The notes under the pieces are model-generated. The model saw nothing but the letters and a program-made list of their open reading frames with translations. It had not been told where the DNA came from and made no database searches. A stretch of DNA of 64,000 bases from Felis catus (taxonomy: Eukaryota), in assembly GCF_018350175.1 (NCBI RefSeq), contig NC_058368.1, positions 62,560,001 through 62,624,000 of the forward strand, in the 5' to 3' direction. A program made the translations under genes and the position numbers. Positions 1 through 12,871 of the stretch are shown here, piece by piece. How positions within the stretch are numbered: position 1 is the first letter of the stretch; every line of letters begins with the position of its first letter.

Positions 1-1018
1 AAAGTAGCACTAATGCCTTCAATTAATCATTTTCCCCAAACAGAAACAAAATGACATACTTCCTGGATCTTTACCAATATGCCTACATAACTAATTAGTA
101 ATTTTTCTGTTTACTTATCAAAATCAATTCATTATGTTTCAACATTATAAATAATAATTAAGAAGTCTTATAAAATCTCATATTTATGACAGATTGAAAC
201 TTCATACTTCCCTGTATTTGAATAAGCACAAACATTGGAAGTAATATTTCAATTTCAGTCTTATTTTCTGTTGAGGCTTTTCACTCTTTTTGTCTCCATT
301 TTTATAGTAGCTCTAATTCTTTTCAAATTTGCTCTTATTCTAAGTATATTTTCTGTTGAAAGCCATTTCATTTTTAAGAGACCATTTCAAAACGACAGAA
401 AAGGTAATCAGATAGATGATGTATATGTATATCCATTTCCTTCAGTTACTGGCTTGAGGAAAACCAGTACTTAAGTTTCTCCTTAGCCTATCCTCCAGTG
501 TTGAAAGCCATTGACACTCCAAAATACCATCTACGATATGACCATTTCATATTTGCCTCATAGGATGGACTGTAGTAGAGGGATATATTCAATATTTCAT
601 AGTGTCATCATATGTGCTGTTGATCAATACCTCTAAACCTAAATTCACTCACTAAAGAAATAGTCAACCTTATATTCATAAAGAGTGTATTCCCAAATAA
701 TTTAACATTGGTGACTAATTGATTTTATTTATAGAATCAAAACATACCTTTTGATCTGATTGGTTAATTCCTAAAAATATAAGAAATGACCATATCCAAA
801 GAAAACATATCCTAAAATTAAGAGAACAAGTATTTCATTGATCTCTTTCTACTTGCACTCTCACTATTCTGTTTTAATAATTCAGTCTGATCCATGCCCG
901 TACTGAGGCAAATAACAACAGTATTTGCCACTTTCCAGAAACAGGGATGCTTTTTTTCAAGAGTCTGTATATCTTTTACATTAGTTGTCTTTCTCTTCTA
1001 CTGTTAAACCAGACCTAA

Positions 1019-1377
1019 TGTTATAAACTGAAATGTGTTACCTCAAAACCTTTTATAAGTTGAAATCCTACCCCTCCATGTTATACTATTTGGAGGTAGA
1101 GTCTTTGGGATAATAATTGATCATGAGGGTGGAGCCCTCCTGAATGGGATCCTTATAAGAAGAGATGTGAGAGTTTGCTCTTTCTCTCTGCTCTCCACCA
1201 TGTGAGATTACAAGGAAAAGAAGGCCATCTGTCAACCAGGAAAGTAGGTCCTCATCAGACATTGGATCTGCAGGCACGTTGATCTCGGACTTCTGAGCTT
1301 CCAGAACTGAGTAATAAATGCTTGTTGTTTAAGTTACCTAGTTTGTGGTAATTTGTTACAGCACCCAAACTAAAACA
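1019..1377 (+). mobile_element. MaLR solo LTR (MLT1A-like)
   Basis: TG..CA ends, near-perfect 5-bp TSD cctaa/cctag, MLT1A motifs (gatcatgagggtggagccctc; tccagaactgagtaataaatgcttgttgtttaag). Confidence 0.85.
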
Positions 1378-1444
1378 CCTAGTTATCAAACCTAGGTTAA
1401 ATATATTTCAGGGAACCCGGGTGGCTCAGTCAGTTAAGCACCAA

Positions 1445-1915
1445 TTCTTTTTTTTTGTTTTGTTTTGTTTTGTTTTTAAAATTTTTTTTTCAACGTTTAT
1501 TTATTTTTGGGACAGAGAGAGACAGAGCATGAACGGGGGAGGGGCAGAGACAGAGAGGGAGACACAGAATCGGAAAACAGGCTCCAGGCTCCGAGCCATC
1601 AGCCCAGAGCCTGACGCGGGGCTCGAACTCACGGAGCGCGAGATCGTGACCTGGCTGAAGTCGGACGCTTAACCGACTGCGCCACCCAGGCGCCCCTGTT
1701 TTGTTTTGTTTTGTTTTTTATGTCTATATATTTATTTCTTAGAAAGAGAGAGAGAGAGAGAGGGCAGAGAGAGAGGGAGTCAGAAAACCCCATGCAGGCT
1801 CTGGGCTGTCAGCACAGAGCCTGTATATGGGGCTTGAACTCATGAACCCTGAGATCATGACCTTGGCTGAAATCAAGAGCCAGATGTTCAACCAACTGAG
1901 CCACCCAGGAGCCCC
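1445..1915 (-). mobile_element. Can-SINE inserted in the host SINE
   Basis: TSD taagcaccaa / taagcattcaa. Body at 1719-1915. Confidence 0.85.
1478..1696 (-). mobile_element. Young feline SINE (SINEC_Fc-like) inserted in the tail of the previous SINE
   Basis: CpG-rich, near-consensus; flanked on both sides by tgttttgttttgttttgttttt. Confidence 0.95.
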
Positions 1916-2284
1916 TAAGCATTCAAACTCCTGATTTCTGCTCAGGTCATGATCATGGTTTGTGGAATCATGTCTCCCCTTCACTGACAATACAGAGAAC
2001 TGTTTGGGATTCTCTCTCTCTCTCCTGTCTCCATTCTCTCTGCTGCTGCCTCCCCCCACCACTTTCACACATGCACTCTGTCCTTCTCAAAATAAATAAA
2101 CACTTAAAATTTTTTTAAATAAATAAATATATTTCATCTGAAATGTTTTCTAACTTTAAAGAACTCAATTTCCTTCTCTTGTGAAATTTTATAAACTTTA
2201 TCAATTTAGTAAGTATATATATATCACACTTTATAGATACAAACAAAATTATAGTGATTCTAGAATTTTCTCAATGTCTTTGAA

Positions 2285-2510
2285 CTATATATATACATAT
2301 ATAGAGAGAGAGACAGAGAGAGAGAGGGAGGGAGAAAGCTGTTTTTTATTTAAACTAGTTTCACTGAAAATTCTCTGCTCTTTTCATTATCCTAAACTGT
2401 CATGTTACCTTCCTTCCTTCCCTCCCTCCCTCTCTCGCCCTCTCCCTCTCTCTCCCATCTCTCTCTCTCTCTCACCCCCTTCCTCTCTCTCTCTCTCCCC
2501 CTCCCATCTT
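2285..2510. repeat. (TA)/(GA) and CT-rich low-complexity tracts
   Basis: Seen directly. Confidence 0.85.
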
Positions 2511-2569
2511 TATCTATGCTTAATGGAATGCTTTCTAGTTACCTTCTTATATATCATTCTCAGTACCTA

Positions 2570-2675
2570 ATCAGTGTGCTATTTGAGGGCAGGAAAACAT
2601 ATTTTGCAATATCTGTAGACACAGCACTCAGCAAATTTCCTGGCACACAGTAGGTGCCAAATGAATATTTATTAA
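2570..2675 (+). mobile_element. L2 3' end fragment
   Basis: cctggcacacagtaggtgccaaatgaatatttatt resembles the L2 terminus. Confidence 0.6.
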
Positions 2676-4436
2676 TCCGACCTGGAAAAAGACTGTATTT
2701 GTCAAGAAGTACTGCACTATTTACTATGAGCAAGTGTCTTTTGCTTTTCTCGAAGACTTGCCAAGAAATAAATTACTTTTGAGTGCACACATGATTCCAT
2801 TTTGGCATGCCTGGAAGGATTATCTGAAGCCCTGTAACTAATACAATCAAGGTAGTGTGACTTAAAGATGCACTGACTGGTAGGCTCAAGAAAACATTTG
2901 GCACCTTAACTTAGCTCACTGATATGAACTAATAGGTTTAATAGTTCTGTCAGAATGCCGAGGTACTTCTCTGAGAGACGCTAAAGGAATTTCTCCACAT
3001 TAAAAGTAAAAGATGTAATTTATTATTGTTTCTAACATGTGTTAAGAAGTCTGATCTACAGGGATCCTTATCAGTTGTTGTGTTCAAAGGTTATTTCCAT
3101 GTAAATAGGAAATACAAAAAGAGCATCATTGAGTACACTTGAACTCCACAGTTAGCAGCATATCAAGTCGTTTACACTTTTTGGCAGCTTCCTGGAGTAT
3201 AGCAATGTTGTTTCCTGCCATTAACAGATGGAGTCTCAATATGAGAACTGCTACTGTAAAACCTGCAATATGTCAGGTTAAAGATTAAGTGAAATCAATG
3301 TTACAATTGTATGTACTGTGCCAATTATAAGCTTCATGAATTTACTTATTAGAGATCAAGATTTGTGACAAGAACTTCAATATAGATAAAGTGCACTATG
3401 GAAACAAACTTATGTCCCTGATGTGAGTGACAGGTGCAATGGAAGCTGCAGAACACCATGCTCCTCTGCTTTCCAAATTAAAGATGTACAAAACAAGAAC
3501 ATTTTTATGGGTTGCTATTAAGGTTGACAAACCAAGAAGTTGACAGGGTCGAAAATGTTTTAAATGCATATAACTGCATACATCCACATGAAGAAGTTTT
3601 CTTTAACTTTTTCCAGATAAGTGGCTTAATCCAAGCAGCATTGTTTTGAAATTCATAAACTTCATTGGGCATGCGCTTTACAATATATGGGCTTGAGACA
3701 CTTATTTTCTATTTGTGTTTAAATTCAAATATCCTTGTAATAATGCAAATCACTGCATTGTCAAATTAGACTAACCAATCAGAGAACTTAACCATTATGA
3801 ACACTTACTAGTAGCTTTAATGATTTAATCAAGAAAGAGGCACAGGTGAATGAAACAGAGAGAGGCCTCAGGCATTCCTTCCTCCTTCATATATCAGACA
3901 TACGATCTTTGACCAGTGTAATGAATGGGGTCCCTAACAAGGTATATGGGTCATTACTCCACACAGCAGGAAGCATATAGGTTATGAAACGGCTCTATTT
4001 TATTTCCCAGATGTCATATAGTTTATGTAATATTGTACAGAAAACCGTATGTCATAATTTCATTGATCCTAGTTTTCTGGACTTAAGCAGACATCCTACT
4101 CAAATCATTTCAAAAAATATTTCAAGACATTTCAAAAAATATCTTCGTCTATTTGCAGGAAGATAATCATTAGCAAGATTGTAAATAAATTAGGTCGGTC
4201 ACCTGCCTTCTTTCCTTCCGGGTAGCCCACCGACTTTGGGCAATCAAGGAGAAATCGAGAAGTGTTCTTGAAGAATTCCACCCAGTTCCTTGAAGTCTCC
4301 TACACATTTGCTTTGATTTCACTGACACCAACTATTTCTGAATTTTGTGGAACACGCTTCTATCATACCTGAAGTTTATGTTAATCTTTATGTTAACACT
4401 TTGTTATTAAAATTGGCATCATAAGTAAAAAAGAAA

Positions 4437-4440
<4 letters not shown>

Positions 4441-4479
<39 letters not shown>
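4441..4479. repeat. (GA)n microsatellite
   Basis: Seen directly. Confidence 0.95.
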
Positions 4480-4482
<3 letters not shown>

Positions 4483-4546
4483 AATGGATGAGAGACCATG
4501 TGTATTATATCTTTCTTCAACTGTCACTGAGTCAATGCCATTTTTA

Positions 4547-4744
4547 CTTTTTTTAAGTTTATTTATTTATTTTGAGAGAGCATGAGCGAGAGAGAGTGGG
4601 GAGGGGGCAGAGAGAGTAAGAGACAGAATCCCAAGCAGGCTTTGTACTGTCAGTGCAGAGCTAGATCCAAGGCTCAAACTCACTAACTGTGATCATGACC
4701 TGAGCCACCATCGAGAGTCAAACACTTAAACAACTGAGCCACCA
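4547..4744 (-). mobile_element. Can-SINE, slightly 5'-truncated
   Basis: 17-bp TSD agtcaatgccattttta at 4530-4546 and 4745-4761. Confidence 0.9.
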
Positions 4745-5250
4745 AGTCAATGCCATTTTTAAAGAATTTTGTGATCATGGAAAACAGAAAGTTACTATCT
4801 AACATGGGATAAGTGATCCCATATGTTCTATGTATTCGAGGAAAGAGAAATTGGATAAAGTCACATTTAATACCTAAATTTATTGAATTAAATTTAAATG
4901 CAATCAAATGATTCCAGAACACATTAAATATCCAATACATTTATCAATGTATATAATGCAAACTTACTTATGTAGAGTAATATTATAAACTTAAAAAATC
5001 CTTATAATTTTAAGAAAATAAAAACCCACAATTCATAGAACAAAATTCTTCCATTGAGCCAGATATTTTGAGTAAATGATTCTGTTTCTTTGGGAAGAAA
5101 TTACCTAGAACAAGACAGGCACATAATTTATGGAAACAATTAAAAAGTTAATCAGACTTTATTCTCTCTCCATACAGATACTGAAAAGTGTGCAATTTGC
5201 TTTCATTATTAAATAATAATAATAGTGTTTCCAATTACTTTGTCACTATA

Positions 5251-5855
5251 CAGAGACTGGCATCATGGGTATGTCACCACTGCAGTCACACAAAACTCCA
5301 TTTAGGAGTTTAATGCTCCATGATTGCCATTGTGAAATTCTTAATAATTGTATCTTTCAATTTGTGCTCTGTATGCGAAACTGGATGGGCCAGTGATACG
5401 TATGCCTGGGGCTTGGATCCTTCACTCATCCATCAACCTGTTCCCCACTGCCACCCTCATTTCCTAGGTCTGGTTCTCACTTGCCTATTTCCTGACCCTG
5501 GTGCTCCTGATCTCTACCCAGCTCCCTTTGCCCATCAGCACCCTGTAACTCTGCTGCTCTCTATCCCAGCAGGGATCTGGGTGCAACCCAGGAATACCGA
5601 CGTGTGTACCCTGATACATCTCAGGGATATCTAGAAGTACCATGGCACATTTAGCAGAAGAGTAAGTGGCAGCCTCTCACCCACATCTAATCCTAGTACC
5701 AATTATGCTGCATAACATGCAATTGTTATATACATTTTTTTCATTATAAGATTATAAAATTCAAATACAACTTGATGGCTGTACGGCAACATAAGTTGAA
5801 ATTATCTAAACCTAAAAATTTGGAAGAAAGTTTTCAACATCCCAGAATTTATGTC
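5251..5855 (+). mobile_element. hAT-Tip100 relic (Zaphod/MER91-like 5' end)
   Basis: cagagactggcatcatggg...tgcagtcacac...gtttaatgctc...tgaaattcttaataatt matches the recalled MER91/Zaphod terminus. Right boundary uncertain. Confidence 0.55.
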
Positions 5856-6063
5856 TCTAAAGAATAGGGTCATGTAGATATATGGTGATGGCTGGAGAAG
5901 TGGCTTCAAAGAGGCAGGATTCTGACCAGGTGAAGGGCCCTTGCTAGAGGGAAGCTTCTAGGAATAGCAAGCTAACTAGAAGAAGCAAGTCCCTTCTCCC
6001 TTATTTTTGCCTGCAGGTATCCATCAAAAGCCAAGAAATTGCAAAATATAACAGAGAGTTCTA

Positions 6064-6284
6064 GGGTGCCCATGTGGCTCAGTGAGTTAAGCGTCTGACT
6101 CTTGGTGTAGGCTCAGGTCATGATCTCACAGTTTCATGAGTTCAAGTCTGCGTCGGGCTCTCCACTGACAGCATGGAGCCTACTTGGGATTCTCTCTCTC
6201 TCTCCCTCTGCCTGTCCTTCCCCTACTTGCACTGTCTCTGTCCCTCTCAAAATAAATAAACTTTTAAAAATAAAAATTAAAAAA
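6064..6284 (+). mobile_element. Can-SINE
   Basis: Head, CT tract and A tail; TSD approximately agagttc. Confidence 0.9.
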
Positions 6285-6977
6285 GCAGAGTTCAGTGACA
6301 AAGGAAGAAGGGACGACGAGCTCGGATATGAACAAAACTTTAATTTCTAAACAAACTACCTCAGTGATCTTGCTCATACTTTCACTGATTCCTATAATGT
6401 TTCATTAACTTTTTGTTAATGGACATGGTATTATCAGATGTCCCATTTCAAATTTATAGAAGCAAACTAATTTCTCAAAAATAATTAGGATCATCCCGAC
6501 CAATACAGTAACCTTCTTAGCCTTTGTTCAGTGTAATAAAAGGTCCAAAATCTACAGATGGTTTTCTCAACTTCAGGTTCAATGATATATTGTCATATCT
6601 TCTAGTGGAAGTACTCTCTCCCTGAGAACAGTCTCCAAATGTACAGAGTTCAAAGATTCAAGAATAGAAATCAATACTTTTATGTCTTGTTTCCCATACT
6701 TGTATAGCTTAGCAGTGGGAGAATTAAAAAAAAAAAAAAACATGTATTAGTCACTGATTCAAATCATAGGTTGCCTCTATTTAGGACATGTCAGACCTGG
6801 TGCAGTTAATTAGTATTCAATAATTCCACTGGGTGTAGATCTATAACAAACCATTTGAGTGTTGTGGATTCAAGCCCATTGATCAAATTATTTTTCTTTT
6901 TAAATAATATTTCATTCAAGTTGGTGTACTGCACTATTTTTTTCTGCATTATGTCAGTTTTTTAGGTAGAACTTTTT

Positions 6978-7845
6978 TCTCTTTTTTTTCCAATTATGAA
7001 ATTTATTGTCAAATTGGGTTCCATATAACACCCAGTGCTCATCCCAAAAGGTGCCCTCCTCAATACCCATCACCCACCCTCCCCTCCCTCCCACTCCCCA
7101 TCAACCCTCAGTTTGTTCTCAGTTTTTAAGAGTCTCTTATGCTTTGGCTGTCTCCCACTCTAACCTTTTTTTTTCCTTGCCCTCCCCCATGGGTTTCTGT
7201 TAAGTTTCTCAGGATCCACATAAGAGTGAAAACATATGGTATCTGTCTTTCTCTGTATGGCTTATTTCACTTAGCATCACACTCTCCAGTTCCATCCACG
7301 TTGCCACAAAGGGCCATATTGCATTCTTTCTCATTGCCACGTAGTACTCCATTGTGTATATAAACCACAATTTCTTTATCCATTCATCAGTTGGTGGACA
7401 TTTAGGCTCTTTCCATAATTTGGCTATTGTTGAGAGTGCTGCTATAAACATTGGGGTACAAGTGCCCCTATGCATCAGTACTCCTGTATCCCTTGGGTAA
7501 ATTCCTAGCAGTGCTATTGCTGGGTCATAGGGTAGGTCTATTTTTAATTTTCTGAGGAACCTCCACACTGTTTTTCCAGAGTGGCTGCACCAGTTTGCAT
7601 TCCCACCAACAGTGCAAGAGGGTTCCCGTTTCTCCACATCCTCTCCAGCATCTATAGTCTCCTGATTTGTTCATTTTGGCCACTCTGACTGGCGTGAGGT
7701 GATATCTGAGTGTGGTTTTGATTTGTATTTCCCTGATGAGGAGCGACGTTGAGCATCTTTTCATGTGCCTGTTGGCCATCCGGATGTCTTCTTTAGAGAA
7801 GTGTCTATTCATGTTTTCTGCCCATTTCTTCACTGGGTTATTTGA
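6978..7845 (-). mobile_element. Young 5'-truncated carnivore/felid L1 (ORF2 C-terminus, 3'UTR, polyA)
   Basis: ORFs 7525-7833 and 7209-7637 encode the ORF2 end ([34 protein letters not shown]) split by one frameshift. TSD gtagaa(c/t)tttt. Confidence 0.95.
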
Positions 7846-8599
7846 GTAGAATTTTTATCAGCTAAAATTTTCTGGTTCTTACATTGTTTCAGTATTGTAA
7901 CAGTTTGGTTGGTATCTTGACTGTGTTTTCTCTCTTCATTTAAAAATATTTTATCTTTTTCTGGATCAGACATAATTGATATGTCTAGATGGAAGTTGAT
8001 GGTTTTAATAGCATTCTAATGGTTTTCAGTTCATGGATGCCTTTTCTGTTGATAAAATGAAGCACAATGTCTTTAAATTATGGTGTCTTTTCATCAGAGT
8101 GGGATAGGGTATGTTTTTAATTTTATATTCATTTTTGTTCCTGTAGGATCCTTAATTTTCACTAGTTGCTTCTATTTTTCCCTTTCTTTCCTACTTCAAA
8201 GGACATCTCCTTCTAAATTGTTTCACTCCCAACTCTGTTTTTCAGTAATAATTCATTTCTACGATTATTATCTCTAAGTGTAGTATTTTTGCTTTTATTA
8301 TTTAATTTGCATGGTGTTTTTGAGGAAATGTTGACATTAGGATGTAGGCAACCACCATTATGCTACAGAAACCTGAAACCTTACATATATTGTGAATCTT
8401 ACAAGCCATCCTTAATATTATTTAGATTTTTTTTGGCTTTTCTTTTCAGTCAACATTTATTTAGGGTTATGCATGTATGTGCCCCTTTCGTGCTCATAAG
8501 CCTTGCCCACATTTCCATATTTCTACTTGGAAAGATTCTCATTACACCTGAAGGGATTATTTTGGTGTGACTCTTACTGCAGTTTTACAGGTGCCAATT

Positions 8600-9400
8600 T
8601 TTTTTTTTTTTTTGTCTTGAGAATGTCTTTAACTTATACTTTCAAAAAAATAACTTTCACTTTTCAGGGATGTTTTCATTAAATTTAGACTTCTATGAAG
8701 TATCGACTCAAGTGTCTCTTGGATTTCATGATTTCTTTTGGAAAATCACTTCTTAATTTTAGTGTTGATCCTTTAAGGTAAATTTTGTAACACAACATTT
8801 AAGATTTTCTCTATATGATTATTTAAAAATTTTTAATTAATTTGGTGTGATACACCTAAATGTGGTTTTCCTAAAATCTGTAAGCAATGTTGAATCTCTT
8901 AGTTGATATCCTCCAGTAATTTTGGGAATTTCTCAGGCATTATTTCTACAAGTATTGTGTTTTCCCAATTTTCTCATTTCTTCTGGAATTGCAATTATAC
9001 ATATGTCAGATCTTTTCACTGTTTCCCATATGTCTCATATATTCCTGCTATTTTGCTCTCTATTTGGAAATTTTATACTGATATTATTTCCAGTTCACAA
9101 AACTTTTGCGGTGACTAATCTTCTGTTAAATCCATCTATGGAGTTTTTAATTAGGTTATTGCATTTTGTAACATTTGAGTTAAAATTTATAGCTTAACTG
9201 ATTCCAATTTCTGGTGAAATTCTCCATCTTTTACATCTTTCTTAAACAAATTGCAGTTATTTAAATATCATGTATGATAACTTCAAAACCCAAATTACCT
9301 ATAATTATTTTTCTCTTTGCTGCTTTTGTCTGTTTTTGGACATTTGGACCAGGTGTATCTGGTACTTTTGATTTAGTAGTAAACATTATGAAAACAAATA
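8600..9400 (-). mobile_element. Ancient L1M/HAL1-like ORF1 region
   Basis: gggaatttctcaggcattatttct...ttctggaattgcaattatacatatg is typical antisense ORF1 sequence; highly degraded. Confidence 0.55.
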
Positions 9401-9421
9401 CTTAAAGTTCTAATACATGCT

Positions 9422-9620
9422 TTTTTAAAGTGTTTATTTATTTTTAAGAGAGAGAGAGAGAGAACACAAGAAGGGAATGGTCAGAGAGAAGGGGAGAGAG
9501 GATCCAAAGTGGGCTCTGCAATGACAGTGGGGAACCTGATGTGGGGTTCGAACCCACCAACCATTAGATCACGACCTGAGTGAAAGTCAGAAGCTCAACC
9601 AACTGAGTTCCCAGGCACCC
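9422..9620 (-). mobile_element. Can-SINE
   Basis: TSD taatacatgct at 9411 and 9621. Confidence 0.9.
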
Positions 9621-9705
9621 TAATACATGCTACTTTTATACATACAGAGAGTATTGATTTTGTTTTATGTAACACTATTAGATTTAAGACAAATCATTTG
9701 TTTCT

Positions 9706-10197
9706 AGTTTTACTGAGATATAATTAATATATAGCACTGTATAAATTTAAGATGTACATGTTGATTTGATACACTTATATATTGCAATATGATTACCACC
9801 ATACAGTTACTTAACACTTCCATCACATAATTACCATTTCTTTTTGTGGTGAGGACATTTAAGATCCACTCTCTTAGCAAATTTCAAGTATACAATATAC
9901 GATTGTTAATTGAATCACAATGCTGCACATTAGATCCCCAGAATGTATCTTCTAACTGTAAGTGTGTGTTCTTTGACCAACATCTTCCTATTTCCCTATT
10001 CCCCTAGTCCCTAGTACTGGTAGTCACCAATCTACTCTCTGTTTTCACAAGTTTGGCTTGTTTTGTTTTTTGAATCCATATGTAAGTGATATCATACAGT
10101 ATTTATCTTTCTCTGACTTCACCCACTTAGCCTAATACCCTCAAGGTCCATTCAAGTTGCTGCAAATGGCAGAATTTCCTTCTTTCTCATGGCTGAA
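9706..10197 (-). mobile_element. L1MA-type 3' end
   Basis: tttaagatccactctcttagcaaatttcaagtatacaat; gatatcatacagtatttatctttctctgac. Confidence 0.8.
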
Positions 10198-10199
10198 TT

Positions 10200-11280
10200 T
10201 TTTTTAAAGATAAAATGTTAATAATTATGTGATGCCACAGAAACTCTCAGGTATTGTTATTTAAAATTCTAAACCTTGAGAAGGGTTTTTGATAGTACTG
10301 AAGCTTACTTATATTTTTATATTAATGTTCTAATAGTTCTCTACTCAGATATAGAAATTAATTGATTTTTTAAATACTGAGCTCACATCCATCAACTTTG
10401 CTAAATTAACATTAATTCTGAATGTAGATTCTTTTGGAATTTTATATATTATTATATTCCTACAGATAATATTAGGTTTTTTTTTTCCTTTTCTGACATT
10501 TATGCATTTTATTTTATTGCCTTATCCACTGGGCAGGAATGCCAGCATAACGTTAATTAAATGTGGTAATGTAGGTCTTATTTTTGAACTAATAGGAAGG
10601 GCACAAAAACAATCTTTCTTGTATTTTAATTTTGTTGAAATGTTTTTAAAAAATCATAGACAGGTGTTGAATTTTGTCAAGTGATGTTTTGATGAACCAA
10701 GCATCTTCCTTTGGTTTTAACACATTAATACATTTAAAACACATGGATACATTTGCTATTTCATTAAAACACATTAATGCATTTGGTATTAACATACATA
10801 TTAATATGTACTGATGAGGTAAATCATATTGATTGAATTTCAAACAACTTCACATTCCTAGAATAAATTCCACTTTCCTATGTTATTTCTTTTACATACT
10901 AATGGCTTTATTTTGCTAATATCCTGTGCTAATATTTTAAAAGATTGTTTACATCTATGTTCATGAACAATACTGGACTTTAGTTTTCCTGATTTTCTTA
11001 TATATCAATAACCTTGTTTTATTGTACTATCATGTTTTTTTTTCTGTCTCATGAAATAAACTGGAAATATTCTCTCTTTTTTATTCCCTGAAGAAATTGT
11101 GTAAGATTGATTTTTTTTTCTTTAACTATTTACATAAAGCCACTAGTGAACACATTTGGGCCTGGAGCTTTCTTGTAAATTTTTTTAAAAATAAAAAGAT
11201 GTTCCTATTTTAATTTTTTAATTTTTGACTAAGTGTGCATTTTTCAAGAACTATGCCCATTCCATGTAGATTGGAAAACT
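10200..11280 (-). mobile_element. Old L1M ORF2 (RT region) fragment
   Basis: Degraded antisense ORF2 motifs (caactttgctaaatt, gttgaattttgtcaa, tttacatctatgttcatga, cctggagctttctt). Confidence 0.65.
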
Positions 11281-11294
11281 TACTGTCATACAAA

Positions 11295-11708
11295 TAGAAA
11301 CACCAAACCAGTGTTTCTGAACTGGTGAGCTGACAAATCAACTGAGGTATATTCATGCAATGGAACTCTACCCAAATTAAAAGAATTAAAACACATTTCC
11401 AGCAACATGAAACTCAACTGCATTATGTTAAGTGAAAGAACCCACACTCAAAAACTACATACTACATGACTGCATTTATATTCTGTAAAAGAAAAAAAGT
11501 AGGGAAAGTGTTTGTGAGGGGCTGGGTTTGTGGGGAGGGCACAAGCAAAATTTCAGAGACTGATGGAATTGTTCTATTTTTATTTTGGTAATGATAACTG
11601 ATTATATGCAGTTGTTACAGAATTTACCCTGTAAAAGTGTATATTTTGCTATATGCGAATATATCTTAATATTTTTTAACTCTAAAGAAAAAAGAAAAAT
11701 AAAGAAAA
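11295..11708 (+). mobile_element. Old L1M 3' end with A-rich tail
   Basis: ggtatattcatgcaatggaa; cattatgttaagtgaaagaa...catactacatga. Confidence 0.7.
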
Positions 11709-11916
11709 GCCATTGCTTTGAAGTGATTCTTAAAATCTAATCAACTATAGTATTTGTAATAATAGTTCCTTTTTTATTACTTTTATCAGTAATATATGAC
11801 TCCTGTCTTTCTCTTAAATCGATTTGGGTTATATAACATCTATGGCACTTGAACATCATGAGGGCAATAACAATTATAAGAACTGTGAAGTTGCCTGGCT
11901 TTGTTTGCCTACTTTG

Positions 11917-12103
11917 GAAGAAGAAAGAAGGAAGGAAATAAGAAGAAGAGAAGAGAAGAGAAGAGAAGAGAAGAGAAGAGAAGAGAAGAGAAGAGAAGAG
12001 AAGAGAAAGAGAAAGAGGAAGAGAAGAGAAAGAGGAAGAGAAGAGAAAGAGGAAGAGAAGAGAAAGAGGAAGAAAGGGAAAAAAGAGAGAAGGAAGAAGA
12101 AAA
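11917..12103. repeat. (AGAAG)n compound polypurine repeat
   Basis: ~185 nt almost free of pyrimidines. Confidence 0.95.
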
Positions 12104-12359
12104 CAACCAAGCAAGAAAAATAACAAGTTCAGGTCCATCAAAGTCATAGCTCACTCTAAAAATCAAGAGTTCTTGGCAGCATTTAAGAAAACCCAAAATT
12201 CTTGCATTTGTTCTTGATCTAGAGTAAGTTCTTATAAAGATTTGAGAAAGTAAGGAAGTAGAAATATTAACCAGTTTTCATGTGAGGCCAGAGAAGCTAC
12301 CATCAGATTATATTCCTCAGTAGGGCCCCGAGAATGCTGCCATTTAAAAGGCTATTGGA

Positions 12360-12590
12360 GGGGCGCCTGGGTGGTTCAGTCGGTTAAGTGTCCGACTTCA
12401 GCTCAGGTCATGATCTCCCAGTTTGTGACTTCGAGCCCCACGTCAGGCTCTGTGCTGACAGCTCACAGCCTGGAGCCTGCTTTGGATTCTGTGTGTGTCT
12501 CTCTCTGCCCTTCCCCCGCTCATGCTCTGTCTCTCTCACTCTCAAAAATGAATAAATGTTTTAAAAAAATTTAAATTATTAAAAAAAATA
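12360..12590 (+). mobile_element. Can-SINE
   Basis: ggggcgcctgggtgg head; TSD aaaag(g)ctatt. Confidence 0.93.
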
Positions 12591-12816
12591 AAAAGCTATT
12601 TGACTTCACCTAGGTTCTCCTCCAAACTAGCTGCCATGGCTAGTTCATTCATGAGTCTTTTGTGTCAGCACCAGACTAAAGGGGGAGGTTAGTTAACACT
12701 CAGCAGAGTCAGTCTTCCTATTCTCTTGGTTGCTATTTTTACTAAATACTTCCTGGAGAGCAAAAACTCTGTATACATAGGGCTCAGAAACCCAGAGCTC
12801 TATATATTATTCTTCC

Positions 12817-12821
<5 letters not shown>

Positions 12822-12868
<47 letters not shown>
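12822..12868. repeat. (CT)n microsatellite
   Basis: Seen directly. Confidence 0.95.

Positions 12869-12871
<3 letters not shown>

Larger units (their letters stand above)
1411..2123 (+). mobile_element. Can-SINE host, split by nested SINEs
   Basis: tRNA-like head 1411-1444 resumes at 1916, then CT tract and A tail. TSD taaatatatttca at 1398-1410 and 2124-2136. Confidence 0.85.

Noticed and set aside
1421..2653. ORFs beginning MAQSV or containing SLSLSL/ERERE, here and at other SINEs
   Set aside because: Read-through of Can-SINE heads and CT/GA tracts.
7209..7833. 142-aa and 102-aa ORFs as host genes
   Set aside because: They are the L1 ORF2 C-terminus.
11737..12196. Five overlapping ORFs rich in E/K/R or S/L/F
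   Set aside because: Translations of the AGAAG repeat, which lacks stop codons.
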